Sequence record: NC_000866.4
DNA length: 64,000 nt
Direction: 5' to 3' (one strand)
Source: Escherichia phage T4
The notes beneath the pieces are model-generated. The model had not been told where the DNA came from, did not search any database, and worked only from the letters and a program-made list of their open reading frames with translations. Positions 46,187 through 56,658 of the stretch are shown piece by piece; within the stretch, counting starts at the first letter, position 1, and each line of letters opens with the position of its first letter. Both the position numbers and the translations under genes were made by a program.

Positions 46187-47317
46187 TTATGGATAGGTAT
46201 AGATGATACCAGTTTCTAAAGCAGTTTTATGAATGATGTATCCATTACGCGATTCTTGGACATCAACTTCTGGATAGTCTTTCATCATCTTCTGGAGAGT
46301 GTAACGATGCAGGTAATATTTACTATCTGGGTCGTCAGTTTTCCAATCTTTACCTTCTTCGGTCATTTTTTGGATTTCATCCATAACCCACCAACCGCAC
46401 CAGATGTAAGCTGAGCTACGGTGTGGAAGAGGATGAACATAAGGTAATTCACCTTCTGGTTCTGGAGCAACTTTAGCCGTGACTGTTACATTACCAGTTT
46501 TGGTAACGGTTACAGGGTTATAATCTGCAGCAGTAACAGTTGCAGTAACTTCAATAGTTTGACTTCCAACAGATGAGGTATCGACAGTATATACGTTAGT
46601 TGACCCTTCTACAGGAGAAGAATCTTTCTTCCATGAGTAAGTAATTTGTGCTTCTTCTGGAGCACCCGTAACATTAGCCGTAAATGTAGCCGAAGCATCT
46701 TGCTGAACATTAATAGAAGGAGGAGTCAATGTAACCTGTGGATTCATTGTCTTCTTATTAACCGTTAATGATACTTCATTAGAAGTAACGCTTAGTGCAT
46801 CATAATCTGTCGCGGTTACTTGGGCTACGCATTTAATTCTTTTTACTCCACTTGTAGTTGGAGTATAGCTAAATGTAGAGTTAGTTTCTCCACCAACTTG
46901 TGAATCATCTACATACCACTGATACGTAGCAGATGCTCCATCAGGTTGAGAAGCTAAGGCAGCAGTAAATTGAACTGGGGTTCCAATCACTCCAGCCGCA
47001 GGACTAGCAGGAGTTACGGCTAAGGTAGTCGTCTGTGTCTTATTTTTAACTGTGATAGTTGTTGTCGCTTCAGCCGTTTCCGGGCCTCCTTCAGAAAGTG
47101 TATTTGTTGCAACTACTTTAATAGTCTTTTGACCGGCAGGTCCTTTTAGTACATAACTAAAAGTTGCTTCAGCTCCATCTTGTGGAACATTATCTACGCT
47201 CCAAGCATATGTAATAGTTCCGCCTCCAGTTTGACCACTGGGTGTAGCAGTAAACTGCTTAGTTTCATCAATAACCCCTGTAGGTGTTTTAGGAGTTATA
47301 TCAACTGTAAAAGTCAT
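46187..47317 (-). CDS. hoc: highly immunogenic outer capsid protein
   Basis: 376-aa ORF with three tandem ~90-aa Ig-like repeats (each containing FTA...TYxW...G) and a distinct C-terminal domain. Confidence 0.85.
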   Translation of the reverse strand: MTFTVDITPKTPTGVIDETKQFTATPSGQTGGGTITYAWSVDNVPQDGAEATFSYVLKGPAGQKTIKVVATNTLSEGGPETAEATTTITVKNKTQTTTLAVTPASPAAGVIGTPVQFTAALASQPDGASATYQWYVDDSQVGGETNSTFSYTPTTSGVKRIKCVAQVTATDYDALSVTSNEVSLTVNKKTMNPQVTLTPPSINVQQDASATFTANVTGAPEEAQITYSWKKDSSPVEGSTNVYTVDTSSVGSQTIEVTATVTAADYNPVTVTKTGNVTVTAKVAPEPEGELPYVHPLPHRSSAYIWCGWWVMDEIQKMTEEGKDWKTDDPDSKYYLHRYTLQKMMKDYPEVDVQESRNGYIIHKTALETGIIYTYP

Positions 47318-47326
47318 AAGTTATCC

Positions 47327-48007
47327 TTATTTTAATGTTACGAAAGAAGAGTTGCGTGTTTCACGAATTAAAACTGATCCATCGCGATTAATGTAATAAA
47401 TTAAGCTAAATAAAGTTTGGTGTGCTGACGCATGTTCAAAACTAGTTGGGTGAGATTTCCAATCAGGAGTTTCAGCAATCCATTGATAAATCCACCAAGG
47501 AACAGTACAGAATCCTAGATTTTTTCCAATCAGTTGAAGATTCGGACTAAAGTTTTCCGGAAGAGTAAATACAGACGGCTTTTCAGATTCAATAATCTCA
47601 GCTACAGCCTGTTCGAATTTTTCTTCAACAAAAGGAGTATCTTCAATCAAAACATCGGTATTTTCAGGAATTTTATCCGTTTCTACTACTTCAATTTTAA
47701 TGTCAGATTTAATCGGAGAATCAATCAGAAGTGCTGCTTCTGGATTGACTTCTTCATCGTCATATTTTAATCCCTCTGCGGCATCAGCAGCATCAATTAA
47801 GTCTTTAATAGATAACCCATCAGTCTCTGGCATAGGTTCACTAGCGAGCTTCTGGAGGGCTTCTTCAATATCAACAACGATATTATCAAAAGATTTATTC
47901 TTTTTGACCTTTATACCAAACTGTTCAGCATATTCAGCTAATTTAGCTTTAGCTTCTTTGTTATCATCAAGAGCCTTCAGCTCTGCAATATAATCTTTAT
48001 CTATCAT
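47327..48007 (-). CDS. inh: inhibitor of prohead protease
   Basis: 226-aa acidic ORF between hoc and segE; assignment by position and length. Confidence 0.7.
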   Translation of the reverse strand: MIDKDYIAELKALDDNKEAKAKLAEYAEQFGIKVKKNKSFDNIVVDIEEALQKLASEPMPETDGLSIKDLIDAADAAEGLKYDDEEVNPEAALLIDSPIKSDIKIEVVETDKIPENTDVLIEDTPFVEEKFEQAVAEIIESEKPSVFTLPENFSPNLQLIGKNLGFCTVPWWIYQWIAETPDWKSHPTSFEHASAHQTLFSLIYYINRDGSVLIRETRNSSFVTLK

Positions 48008-48020
48008 AATATTTCCTCAG

Positions 48021-48028
48021 TATAAATA
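48021..48028 (+). promoter_or_regulatory. late promoter TATAAATA upstream of segE
   Basis: exact TATAAATA 29 nt upstream of the segE ATG. Confidence 0.5.
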
Positions 48029-48056
48029 TAGATATATTTATTACTCGGAAAATAGT

Positions 48057-48674
48057 ATGTACCACTTTGTATATGAAACAACAAATCTAATAAATGGTAA
48101 AAAGTATATAGGAAAGCACTCTACTGATGACTTGAATGATGGTTACCTTGGTTCCGGTAAGGCAATTCAGCAGGCTATAAAGAAATATGGTGAAAACAAT
48201 TTCTCTAGAACAATACTAAAAGAGTTTAAAACTTCCGAAGAAGCGTACATGTATGAAGAAGAAATTATAACTCCTGAACTAATAAAAAGCAAAAATTATT
48301 ATAATATGAAACCTGGTGGAATTGGTGGAATTGTTATGACTACAGATGTTATAGCAAAGATGAAAGAATCTTCCGCTAAAAGATTTGAAAACTCACCGGG
48401 CACGGTATTAGGTAAAACTTGTTATACTAATGGAACTAAAAATATTTTTATTAAACCTGGAGAACTTGTTCCAGAAGGATTTGTAAAAGGGATGGTTCAT
48501 CCTAATAGAAAGTCCAGAAAAGGATGTAAAGTCAAACCGACTACCACAGGAACTTTTTGGGTCAATAATGGCGCAATAAATAAATTAATACAACCAGACG
48601 GTATTATTCCCGACGGATTTATTAAAGGTCGTCTCATGAAAAGAGATTCTAAAGGCAAATTTAGTAAGGCATAA
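48057..48674 (+). CDS. segE: GIY-YIG homing endonuclease
   Basis: 205-aa ORF with GIY-YIG motif (KKYIGKHSTDDLNDGYLGSG). Confidence 0.85.
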   Translation: MYHFVYETTNLINGKKYIGKHSTDDLNDGYLGSGKAIQQAIKKYGENNFSRTILKEFKTSEEAYMYEEEIITPELIKSKNYYNMKPGGIGGIVMTTDVIAKMKESSAKRFENSPGTVLGKTCYTNGTKNIFIKPGELVPEGFVKGMVHPNRKSRKGCKVKPTTTGTFWVNNGAINKLIQPDGIIPDGFIKGRLMKRDSKGKFSKA

Positions 48675-48676
48675 TT

Positions 48677-50440
48677 ATGGATATTAAAGTACATTTTCAC
48701 GACTTCAGTCATGTACGCATCGATTGTGAAGAGAGCACGTTCCACGAATTAAGAGATTTCTTTTCGTTTGAGGCCGATGGATATAGATTTAATCCTCGCT
48801 TCAGATATGGCAACTGGGATGGACGAATCCGTCTTTTAGATTATAATCGTCTTCTTCCATTCGGCTTAGTCGGGCAAATTAAAAAATTCTGTGATAATTT
48901 TGGCTATAAAGCCTGGATTGACCCACAAATTAACGAAAAAGAAGAATTATCAAGAAAAGATTTTGATGAATGGCTTTCTAAATTAGAAATCTATTCAGGA
49001 AATAAAAGAATTGAACCGCACTGGTATCAAAAAGATGCAGTGTTCGAAGGATTAGTTAATCGTCGTAGAATTCTTAATCTTCCAACATCTGCAGGTAAAT
49101 CTTTAATTCAAGCTTTGCTTGCGCGATATTATTTGGAAAATTATGAAGGTAAAATTCTTATCATTGTTCCAACAACTGCTCTGACAACTCAGATGGCTGA
49201 TGACTTCGTCGACTATCGTTTATTCAGCCATGCAATGATAAAGAAAATTGGTGGCGGAGCATCAAAAGATGATAAATATAAAAATGATGCACCAGTCGTT
49301 GTTGGTACATGGCAAACTGTAGTAAAACAACCGAAAGAATGGTTCTCACAGTTTGGAATGATGATGAATGATGAATGCCATCTTGCTACAGGAAAAAGTA
49401 TTTCATCTATCATATCAGGTTTAAATAACTGCATGTTCAAATTCGGTTTGTCTGGTTCATTACGTGATGGCAAAGCCAATATCATGCAGTATGTTGGAAT
49501 GTTTGGTGAAATATTTAAACCAGTAACGACTTCTAAATTAATGGAAGATGGACAAGTAACTGAGCTAAAAATTAATAGTATTTTTCTTCGCTATCCCGAT
49601 GAGTTCACTACTAAATTAAAGGGAAAAACTTACCAAGAAGAAATAAAAATTATTACTGGGCTTAGTAAAAGAAATAAATGGATCGCTAAATTAGCTATTA
49701 AGCTTGCGCAAAAAGATGAAAACGCTTTTGTCATGTTTAAACATGTATCGCATGGTAAAGCTATTTTCGATTTAATTAAAAATGAATACGATAAAGTTTA
49801 TTACGTATCAGGGGAAGTTGATACCGAAACCCGCAATATAATGAAAACCTTAGCTGAAAATGGTAAAGGAATAATTATAGTAGCTAGTTATGGTGTATTT
49901 TCTACTGGTATTTCAGTTAAAAATCTGCATCACGTTGTTTTAGCGCACGGTGTTAAATCAAAAATCATTGTATTACAAACAATCGGTCGTGTATTACGTA
50001 AGCATGGTTCTAAGACAATAGCAACAGTCTGGGACCTCATAGATAGCGCAGGCGTCAAGCCAAAATCTGCTAATACGAAAAAGAAATATGTTCATTTGAA
50101 CTATCTTTTAAAACACGGCATTGATCGTATTCAGCGCTACGCAGATGAAAAATTTAATTACGTAATGAAAACAGTTAATTTAATAAGCTTCGGCCCTTTG
50201 GAGAAAAAGATGTTACTAGAATTTAAACAATTTCTTTATGAAGCTTCTATTGATGAATTTATGGGTAAAATTGCCTCTTGTCAAACATTAGAAGGTTTAG
50301 AAGAACTTGAAGCTTATTATAAGAAAAGAGTCAAAGAAACTGAATTAAAAGATACTGATGACATCTCTGTGAGAGATGCTTTGGCAGGAAAAAGAGCTGA
50401 ATTAGAAGATTCAGACGATGAAGTAGAAGAAAGCTTTTAA
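48677..50440 (+). CDS. uvsW: SF2 DNA helicase (recombination and repair)
   Basis: 587-aa ORF; Walker A PTSAGKS, DExH box DECH; continuous through the region once annotated as a separate small downstream ORF. Confidence 0.9.
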   Translation: MDIKVHFHDFSHVRIDCEESTFHELRDFFSFEADGYRFNPRFRYGNWDGRIRLLDYNRLLPFGLVGQIKKFCDNFGYKAWIDPQINEKEELSRKDFDEWLSKLEIYSGNKRIEPHWYQKDAVFEGLVNRRRILNLPTSAGKSLIQALLARYYLENYEGKILIIVPTTALTTQMADDFVDYRLFSHAMIKKIGGGASKDDKYKNDAPVVVGTWQTVVKQPKEWFSQFGMMMNDECHLATGKSISSIISGLNNCMFKFGLSGSLRDGKANIMQYVGMFGEIFKPVTTSKLMEDGQVTELKINSIFLRYPDEFTTKLKGKTYQEEIKIITGLSKRNKWIAKLAIKLAQKDENAFVMFKHVSHGKAIFDLIKNEYDKVYYVSGEVDTETRNIMKTLAENGKGIIIVASYGVFSTGISVKNLHHVVLAHGVKSKIIVLQTIGRVLRKHGSKTIATVWDLIDSAGVKPKSANTKKKYVHLNYLLKHGIDRIQRYADEKFNYVMKTVNLISFGPLEKKMLLEFKQFLYEASIDEFMGKIASCQTLEGLEELEAYYKKRVKETELKDTDDISVRDALAGKRAELEDSDDEVEESF

Positions 50441-50495
50441 ATTAAAAAAGGCCCAACCAAAAAGGAAGGGCCAAAACTATAGACTAAAGGTCACA

Positions 50496-50663
50496 CTATA
50501 GCAAAAGTTGTGTTTCATTTAATTGTTCTTCCGAACTTTCTGAAACTGGTAGTTCTTTAATGTAATTATAGCAAGGCCCAGGATGTACAGGACCTTTGTC
50601 TGTTTCAACAACCAATGCAGAATCGATTGGAGTTTTACAGACAACACAAATCTTATCTGACAT
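50496..50663 (-). CDS. small Cys-containing protein, possible zinc ribbon (T4 uvsY.-2 position)
   Basis: 55-aa ORF MSDKICVVCKTPIDSALVVETDKGPVHPGPCYNY... below the track length cut-off; CxxC plus a third Cys. Confidence 0.4.
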   Translation of the reverse strand: MSDKICVVCKTPIDSALVVETDKGPVHPGPCYNYIKELPVSESSEEQLNETQLLL

Positions 50664-50689
50664 GATTGTCTCCTCTGAATTATATCTAT

Positions 50690-50914
50690 TTATACAACTC
50701 TCATATGCATATCAATGCCCATATCTTTAGAATAAAAATATTCATCAAGATATCCGGCAAATTTTCCTTTAATATAAAGGACATCTTCACCACACGGGTG
50801 GTCGGCCAGGATACGAATATCCTGACGCTTAAGATTATGCTTTTTCATTAAGAATTGAATTTCCGTTTCAAATTCTTCTTCATAATTAAAAGCATCATCA
50901 ATGCTATATCTCAT
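50690..50914 (-). CDS. hypothetical protein (T4 uvsY.-1 position)
   Basis: 74-aa ORF, ATGA-coupled to uvsY. Confidence 0.55.
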   Translation of the reverse strand: MRYSIDDAFNYEEEFETEIQFLMKKHNLKRQDIRILADHPCGEDVLYIKGKFAGYLDEYFYSKDMGIDMHMRVV

Positions 50915-51327
50915 TATTTTCCAGCCTCAAATGCTCGCATGTCTTGAATATGCTTAATAGCAAATCCACGTGATTTAATAGCATCAAGAGCTCCGCTACA
51001 GAAATCTAATAAAATCCCCCAATACTGCAACGAGGTATCAACCTTTAAAACATCCTTATCCGCTGATAGAACTGTCTTCATTTCTGATTTCTCGTAACGA
51101 TCCATACTAAATTCATCACCATCTCCTCGTCCCGAGTAGTAGTCTAATCTAGCTTTAAGAGCAACTTTTTTCTGTGCTTCAATTCTAAGCATTTCCTTTT
51201 TAATACTTGAATGCTTATTAAGCCATTTACTATATAACATCACATTATTAGCTGCTTCATACTGTAATTTAGTCGAATCTATAAACACATCTTTCTTCAA
51301 TTCTTCTTGAAGATCTTCTAATCTCAT
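50914..51327 (-). CDS. uvsY: recombination mediator protein UvsY
   Basis: 137-aa ORF. Confidence 0.85.
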   Translation of the reverse strand: MRLEDLQEELKKDVFIDSTKLQYEAANNVMLYSKWLNKHSSIKKEMLRIEAQKKVALKARLDYYSGRGDGDEFSMDRYEKSEMKTVLSADKDVLKVDTSLQYWGILLDFCSGALDAIKSRGFAIKHIQDMRAFEAGK

Positions 51328-51377
51328 ATTGTTCTCTATTCAATTGTTATTGGTTGTTATTGGATGGACTTAGATTC

Positions 51378-51404
51378 ATTATACCACGTTTTAACGTGAA
51401 GCAT
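51378..51404 (-). promoter_or_regulatory. middle promoter for uvsY (MotA box ATGCTTCA, 13-nt spacer, -10 TATAAT)
   Basis: minus strand reads AATGCTTCACGTTAAAACGTGGTATAAT; MotA box overlaps the gene 25 stop. Confidence 0.5.
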
Positions 51405-51802
51405 TATACTCTATTACTGGAAGCCAGCTGCAGTTTTATCTGCTCAATATCATCAGGATTATCGATGACCGAAAAGCGTATTTCTACTATCAGAGTATAA
51501 TCGTCATAAACGGGTATCACATTAACTGCTAATTTATCAATACGTGGCTCATAGTTTCTTACTGCGCTTTCGATATTGCGTTCAACCGTGTCAGCAGTAA
51601 GAGGAGTCATATTTTCAAAAAGCTGGTCTGATAAATCACATCCAAATTCAGGGTCAAACGGTCTTGAACCTTTTCTTGTTGTAATAATTCCCAAAAGACT
51701 GTTTTTAATTGACCTTAATCCAAGCGATCTGGAAACGTCTTTGTTCCAATCCATTTTCATTTCCGGGTCAATATCAGAATAAAGCTTATTAATATTTGCC
51801 AT
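51404..51802 (-). CDS. 25: baseplate wedge protein gp25
   Basis: 132-aa ORF. Confidence 0.9.
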   Translation of the reverse strand: MANINKLYSDIDPEMKMDWNKDVSRSLGLRSIKNSLLGIITTRKGSRPFDPEFGCDLSDQLFENMTPLTADTVERNIESAVRNYEPRIDKLAVNVIPVYDDYTLIVEIRFSVIDNPDDIEQIKLQLASSNRV

Positions 51803-52428
51803 TATAGTAACTCAAAGAACTCTTTGAGGCCTCTTATTACGTGAGCATGGGTTTTTCCACACTCTGGACACTTAATTGGAACAGCCAAATAAACGGTAGG
51901 CTTTAAAAGCATATCTTTTATAGCTACAATATCTGACTCTGTGATGATAGAATATAAATCTTCTAGTTCCTTTTCATTTAAGTCTTCAACTGGAATGCTT
52001 TCCCCGTTAGCATGAATCGTTTCTATACATGATACTATCATGTGGGCTATATTTTTATCATCAAAAATTTTAGGGTATCGGAATTTAATTTTAATGTCAC
52101 CTAGTGTATACCAGAGGTCTTCTGGTGCATCTATTTGTGTATGTAATAGATTTATATGGGTTGGTATTTCAGTTCCACAGGTGCACTTCCAGGAGTTTTC
52201 GTGATTAACTTCACCGAGAGAATGTGCCCATAAATGAATCAACAATAGTTCTGATTCTTGGCGGTTTAAATCTTTTGCATTTGTGCAGTCTTTGATTAGC
52301 TTTTTAACAATTACTTCTACGGAACCATTATTTTTGGCAGTAATAAGTTCTAGATATTCTTTAAGCGTGAATGCGCGACAATTGATTATTTTAGAACCAA
52401 CTCTCACATCAAATTTGTATTCATACAT
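51802..52428 (-). CDS. 26: baseplate hub protein gp26
   Basis: 208-aa ORF, ATGA-coupled to gene 25. Confidence 0.85.
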   Translation of the reverse strand: MYEYKFDVRVGSKIINCRAFTLKEYLELITAKNNGSVEVIVKKLIKDCTNAKDLNRQESELLLIHLWAHSLGEVNHENSWKCTCGTEIPTHINLLHTQIDAPEDLWYTLGDIKIKFRYPKIFDDKNIAHMIVSCIETIHANGESIPVEDLNEKELEDLYSIITESDIVAIKDMLLKPTVYLAVPIKCPECGKTHAHVIRGLKEFFELL

Positions 52429-52449
52429 ATTTAGCTCCTTTATTTATCA

Positions 52450-52457
52450 TATTTATA
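52450..52457 (-). promoter_or_regulatory. late promoter TATAAATA for gene 26
   Basis: plus-strand TATTTATA = minus-strand TATAAATA; overlaps the divergent gene 51 promoter by 4 bp. Confidence 0.6.
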
Positions 52458-52461
52458 AATA
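52454..52461 (+). promoter_or_regulatory. late promoter TATAAATA for gene 51
   Basis: exact TATAAATA 18 nt upstream of the gene 51 ATG. Confidence 0.6.
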
Positions 52462-52478
52462 GAATAAAAGGAGCATCT

Positions 52479-53228
52479 ATGGCAAACATTATTCGTTGTA
52501 AATTACCAGATGGTGTTCATCGTTTTAAACCATTTACGGTAGAAGATTATCGAGATTTTTTGTTAGTTCGAAACGATATAGAACATCGGTCACCACAAGA
52601 ACAAAAGCAAATAATTACTGATTTAATTGATGATTATTTTGGAGACTATCCGAAGACTTGGCAACCATTTATATTTTTGCAGGTATTTGTAGGGTCAATA
52701 GGTAAAACTAAAAGTACGGTCACATTTATATGTCCAAAATGTAAAAAAGAAAAGACAGTTCCATTTGAAATATATCAAAAAGAATTAAAGGACCTTGTTT
52801 TTGATGTAGCTAATGTTAAAATTAAATTAAAGTTTCCTTCTGAGTTTTATGAAAATAAAGCAAAGATGATTACTGAAAATATTCATTCTGTTCAAGTAGA
52901 TGAAATATGGTATGATTGGAAGGAAATTAGCGAGTCCAGTCAAATAGAACTAGTTGACGCCATCGAGATAGAAACATTAGAAAAAATTCTCGATGCAATG
53001 AATCCTATTAATTTAACTCTACACATGTCATGCTGTAATAAGTACATTAAAAAATACACTGATATAGTAGACGTGTTTAAGCTATTAGTTAACCCAGATG
53101 AGATATTTACTTTTTATCAAATTAATCACACACTCGTAAAAAGTAATTATAGCTTAAATTCAATAAGTAAAATGATTCCTGCCGAGCGCGGATTCGTATT
53201 AAAACTGATTGAGAAGGATAAACAATAA
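52479..53228 (+). CDS. 51: baseplate hub assembly protein gp51
   Basis: 249-aa ORF. Confidence 0.85.
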
Positions 53229-54403
53229 TGAGTATGTTGCAACGCCCCGGATATCCAAATCTCAGCGTTAAATTATTTGATAGCTACGACGCTTGGAGTA
53301 ATAATAGATTTGTTGAATTAGCTGCTACTATTACCACATTAACTATGCGGGATTCTCTTTATGGCCGAAATGAAGGAATGCTGCAGTTTTATGATTCTAA
53401 AAACATCCATACAAAAATGGATGGAAATGAAATAATTCAGATTTCTGTAGCTAATGCAAATGATATTAATAATGTTAAAACACGAATTTATGGATGTAAG
53501 CATTTTTCCGTGTCAGTAGATTCAAAAGGTGATAACATCATTGCTATTGAATTGGGAACTATTCATTCTATAGAAAATCTTAAATTTGGTAGACCATTTT
53601 TCCCTGATGCAGGTGAATCTATAAAAGAAATGCTTGGTGTCATTTATCAGGATCGCACATTATTAACTCCAGCAATAAATGCTATAAATGCTTATGTTCC
53701 TGATATTCCATGGACTAGCACATTTGAAAACTATTTGTCATATGTAAGAGAAGTTGCTCTAGCTGTAGGAAGCGACAAATTTGTATTTGTATGGCAAGAC
53801 ATCATGGGCGTTAACATGATGGACTATGATATGATGATAAATCAAGAACCATATCCAATGATTGTCGGTGAGCCATCTTTAATAGGTCAATTCATCCAAG
53901 AATTAAAATATCCATTAGCATATGATTTCGTTTGGTTGACTAAATCGAATCCTCACAAACGTGACCCAATGAAAAACGCTACTATCTATGCGCATTCATT
54001 TTTAGATTCTTCAATACCAATGATTACTACAGGAAAGGGTGAAAACTCTATTGTGGTGTCAAGGTCAGGTGCTTATTCTGAAATGACTTATAGGAATGGA
54101 TATGAAGAAGCTATTCGTCTTCAAACTATGGCACAATATGACGGCTATGCTAAATGTTCTACTATCGGTAATTTTAACTTGACTCCTGGTGTTAAAATTA
54201 TTTTTAATGATAGTAAAAACCAATTTAAAACAGAATTTTACGTTGATGAAGTTATCCATGAATTATCCAATAATAATTCAGTAACTCATCTATATATGTT
54301 CACTAATGCAACGAAACTGGAAACAATAGACCCAGTTAAGGTTAAAAATGAATTTAAATCTGATACTACCACTGAAGAAAGTAGTTCTTCCAATAAGCAA
54401 TAA
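53228..54403 (+). CDS. 27: baseplate hub protein gp27
   Basis: 391-aa ORF. Confidence 0.9.
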
Positions 54404-54881
54404 AGAAGTTTCTATTCCTAAAATGGGTCTTAAACATTATAACATTTTAAAAGATGTTAAAGGTCCTGATGAAAATTTAAAACTTCTCATTGATTCTATT
54501 TGTCCGAATTTATCACCGGCAGAAGTTGATTTCGTTTCTATTCATTTATTGGAATTTAATGGAAAGATTAAATCTCGTAAAGAAATAGATGGTTATACTT
54601 ATGACATTAATGATGTTTATGTATGCCAAAGATTGGAATTTCAATACCAAGGAAATACATTTTATTTTAGACCTCCTGGAAAATTTGAACAATTTTTAAC
54701 GGTGAGCGATATGTTATCTAAATGCTTACTTAGGGTCAACGATGAAGTTAAAGAAATTAATTTTCTTGAGATGCCAGCATTCGTTTTAAAATGGGCAAAT
54801 GATATTTTTACAACTTTAGCAATTCCTGGCCCTAATGGTCCAATAACTGGAATTGGCAATATTATTGGATTATTTGAATGA
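54348..54881 (+). CDS. 28: baseplate hub distal protein gp28
   Basis: 177-aa ORF overlapping the gene 27 end by 56 nt; SD AAGG. Confidence 0.8.
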
Positions 54882-56650
54882 AAAAGCCACAAGAAATGCA
54901 AACGATGCGTAGAAAAGTTATTTCAGATAATAAACCAACACAGGAAGCGGCTAAATCCGCTTCTAATACTTTATCTGGGCTTAATGACATATCTACGAAA
55001 TTGGATGATGCTCAAGCTGCTTCTGAATTAATAGCTCAAACTGTCGAAGAAAAATCGAATGAAATAATTGGAGCAATTGACAATGTAGAAAGCGCAGTGA
55101 GTGATACATCTGCCGGTTCTGAGTTAATTGCTGAAACTGTCGAAATTGGCAACAATATTAATAAAGAAATCGGTGAATCGCTCGGAAGCAAATTAGATAA
55201 ATTAACAAGTTTACTAGAGCAAAAAATCCAGACAGCTGGAATTCAACAGACTGGAACTAGTTTAGCTACGGTTGAAAGCGCTATTCCTGTTAAAGTCGTT
55301 GAGGATGATACTGCTGAATCTGTGGGTCCTTTATTACCAGCTCCTGAAGCAGTTAATAATGATCCTGACGCTGATTTTTTCCCTACCCCTCAGCCAGTTG
55401 AGCCAAAGCAAGAATCACCAGAAGAAAAACAGAAAAAAGAAGCATTTAACTTAAAATTATCTCAAGCTTTAGATAAATTAACGAAGACTGTTGATTTTGG
55501 ATTTAAAAAATCCATTTCAATTACTGATAAAATATCAAGCATGCTATTTAAGTACACCGTCAGTGCTGCTATTGAAGCTGCTAAAATGACTGCAATGATA
55601 TTGGCTGTTGTTGTTGGAATAGACCTTTTGATGATTCACTTTAAATACTGGTCAGATAAATTTTCAAAAGCCTGGGATTTGTTTAGTACAGACTTTACCA
55701 AATTCTCTAGCGAAACCGGAACTTGGGGTCCTTTATTACAGAGCATCTTTGATTCTATTGATAAAATTAAACAACTTTGGGAAGCGGGAGATTGGGGTGG
55801 ATTGACAGTAGCTATTGTTGAAGGGCTTGGAAAGGTTCTTTTTAATTTAGGTGAACTTATTCAATTAGGTATGGCTAAATTATCTGCAGCAATTCTTCGA
55901 GTCATTCCTGGTATGAAGGATACTGCTGATGAAGTAGAAGGAAGAGCATTAGAAAATTTCCAAAATTCTACTGGAGCATCTCTCAATAAAGAAGACCAAG
56001 AAAAAGTAGCAAATTATCAAGATAAACGAATGAATGGAGACCTTGGCCCAATAGCAGAAGGACTAGACAAAATCTCTAACTGGAAAACTCGTGCATCTAA
56101 CTGGATTCGTGGTGTAGATAATAAAGAAGCGCTGACTACCGACGAAGAGCGTGCGGCAGAAGAAGAAAAATTAAAGCAACTTTCACCGGAAGAAAGAAAA
56201 AATGCTTTAATGAAGGCTAATGAAGCTCGTGCTGCGATGATTCGTTTTGAAAAATATGCCGATTCAGCTGATATGAGTAAAGACTCAACGGTTAAATCAG
56301 TTGAAGCTGCCTATGAAGACCTTAAAAAACGGATGGATGACCCGGATTTAAATAATTCACCGGCAGTTAAAAAAGAACTTGCTGCTAGATTTTCTAAAAT
56401 TGATGCTACTTATCAAGAGCTCAAGAAAAATCAGCCTAATGCCAAACCTGAAACTTCTGCTAAATCACCAGAAGCGAAACAAGTCCAGGTGATTGAAAAG
56501 AACAAAGCACAGCAAGCTCCTGTTCAACAAGCATCTCCTTCGATCAATAATACTAATAATGTTATTAAGAAAAATACTGTCGTTCATAATATGACACCTG
56601 TAACGAGCACGACTGCTCCTGGTGTATTTGATGCGACTGGAGTTAATTAA
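54878..56650 (+). CDS. 29: tail tape measure / baseplate hub protein gp29
   Basis: 590-aa ORF. Confidence 0.9.
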   Translation: MKKPQEMQTMRRKVISDNKPTQEAAKSASNTLSGLNDISTKLDDAQAASELIAQTVEEKSNEIIGAIDNVESAVSDTSAGSELIAETVEIGNNINKEIGESLGSKLDKLTSLLEQKIQTAGIQQTGTSLATVESAIPVKVVEDDTAESVGPLLPAPEAVNNDPDADFFPTPQPVEPKQESPEEKQKKEAFNLKLSQALDKLTKTVDFGFKKSISITDKISSMLFKYTVSAAIEAAKMTAMILAVVVGIDLLMIHFKYWSDKFSKAWDLFSTDFTKFSSETGTWGPLLQSIFDSIDKIKQLWEAGDWGGLTVAIVEGLGKVLFNLGELIQLGMAKLSAAILRVIPGMKDTADEVEGRALENFQNSTGASLNKEDQEKVANYQDKRMNGDLGPIAEGLDKISNWKTRASNWIRGVDNKEALTTDEERAAEEEKLKQLSPEERKNALMKANEARAAMIRFEKYADSADMSKDSTVKSVEAAYEDLKKRMDDPDLNNSPAVKKELAARFSKIDATYQELKKNQPNAKPETSAKSPEAKQVQVIEKNKAQQAPVQQASPSINNTNNVIKKNTVVHNMTPVTSTTAPGVFDATGVN

Positions 56651-56658
56651 GGAATAAT

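Noticed and set aside
48031-48045. Possible minus-strand late promoter for inh (plus-strand TATTTATT)
   Set aside because: Reverse complement is AATAAATA, one mismatch from the strict TATAAATA consensus; not called as a feature.
51340-51360. Short direct repeat TTATTGGTTGTTATTGG upstream of uvsY
   Set aside because: Only 7-8 bp units repeated twice within the 5' leader; too short to distinguish from chance and no second copy elsewhere.
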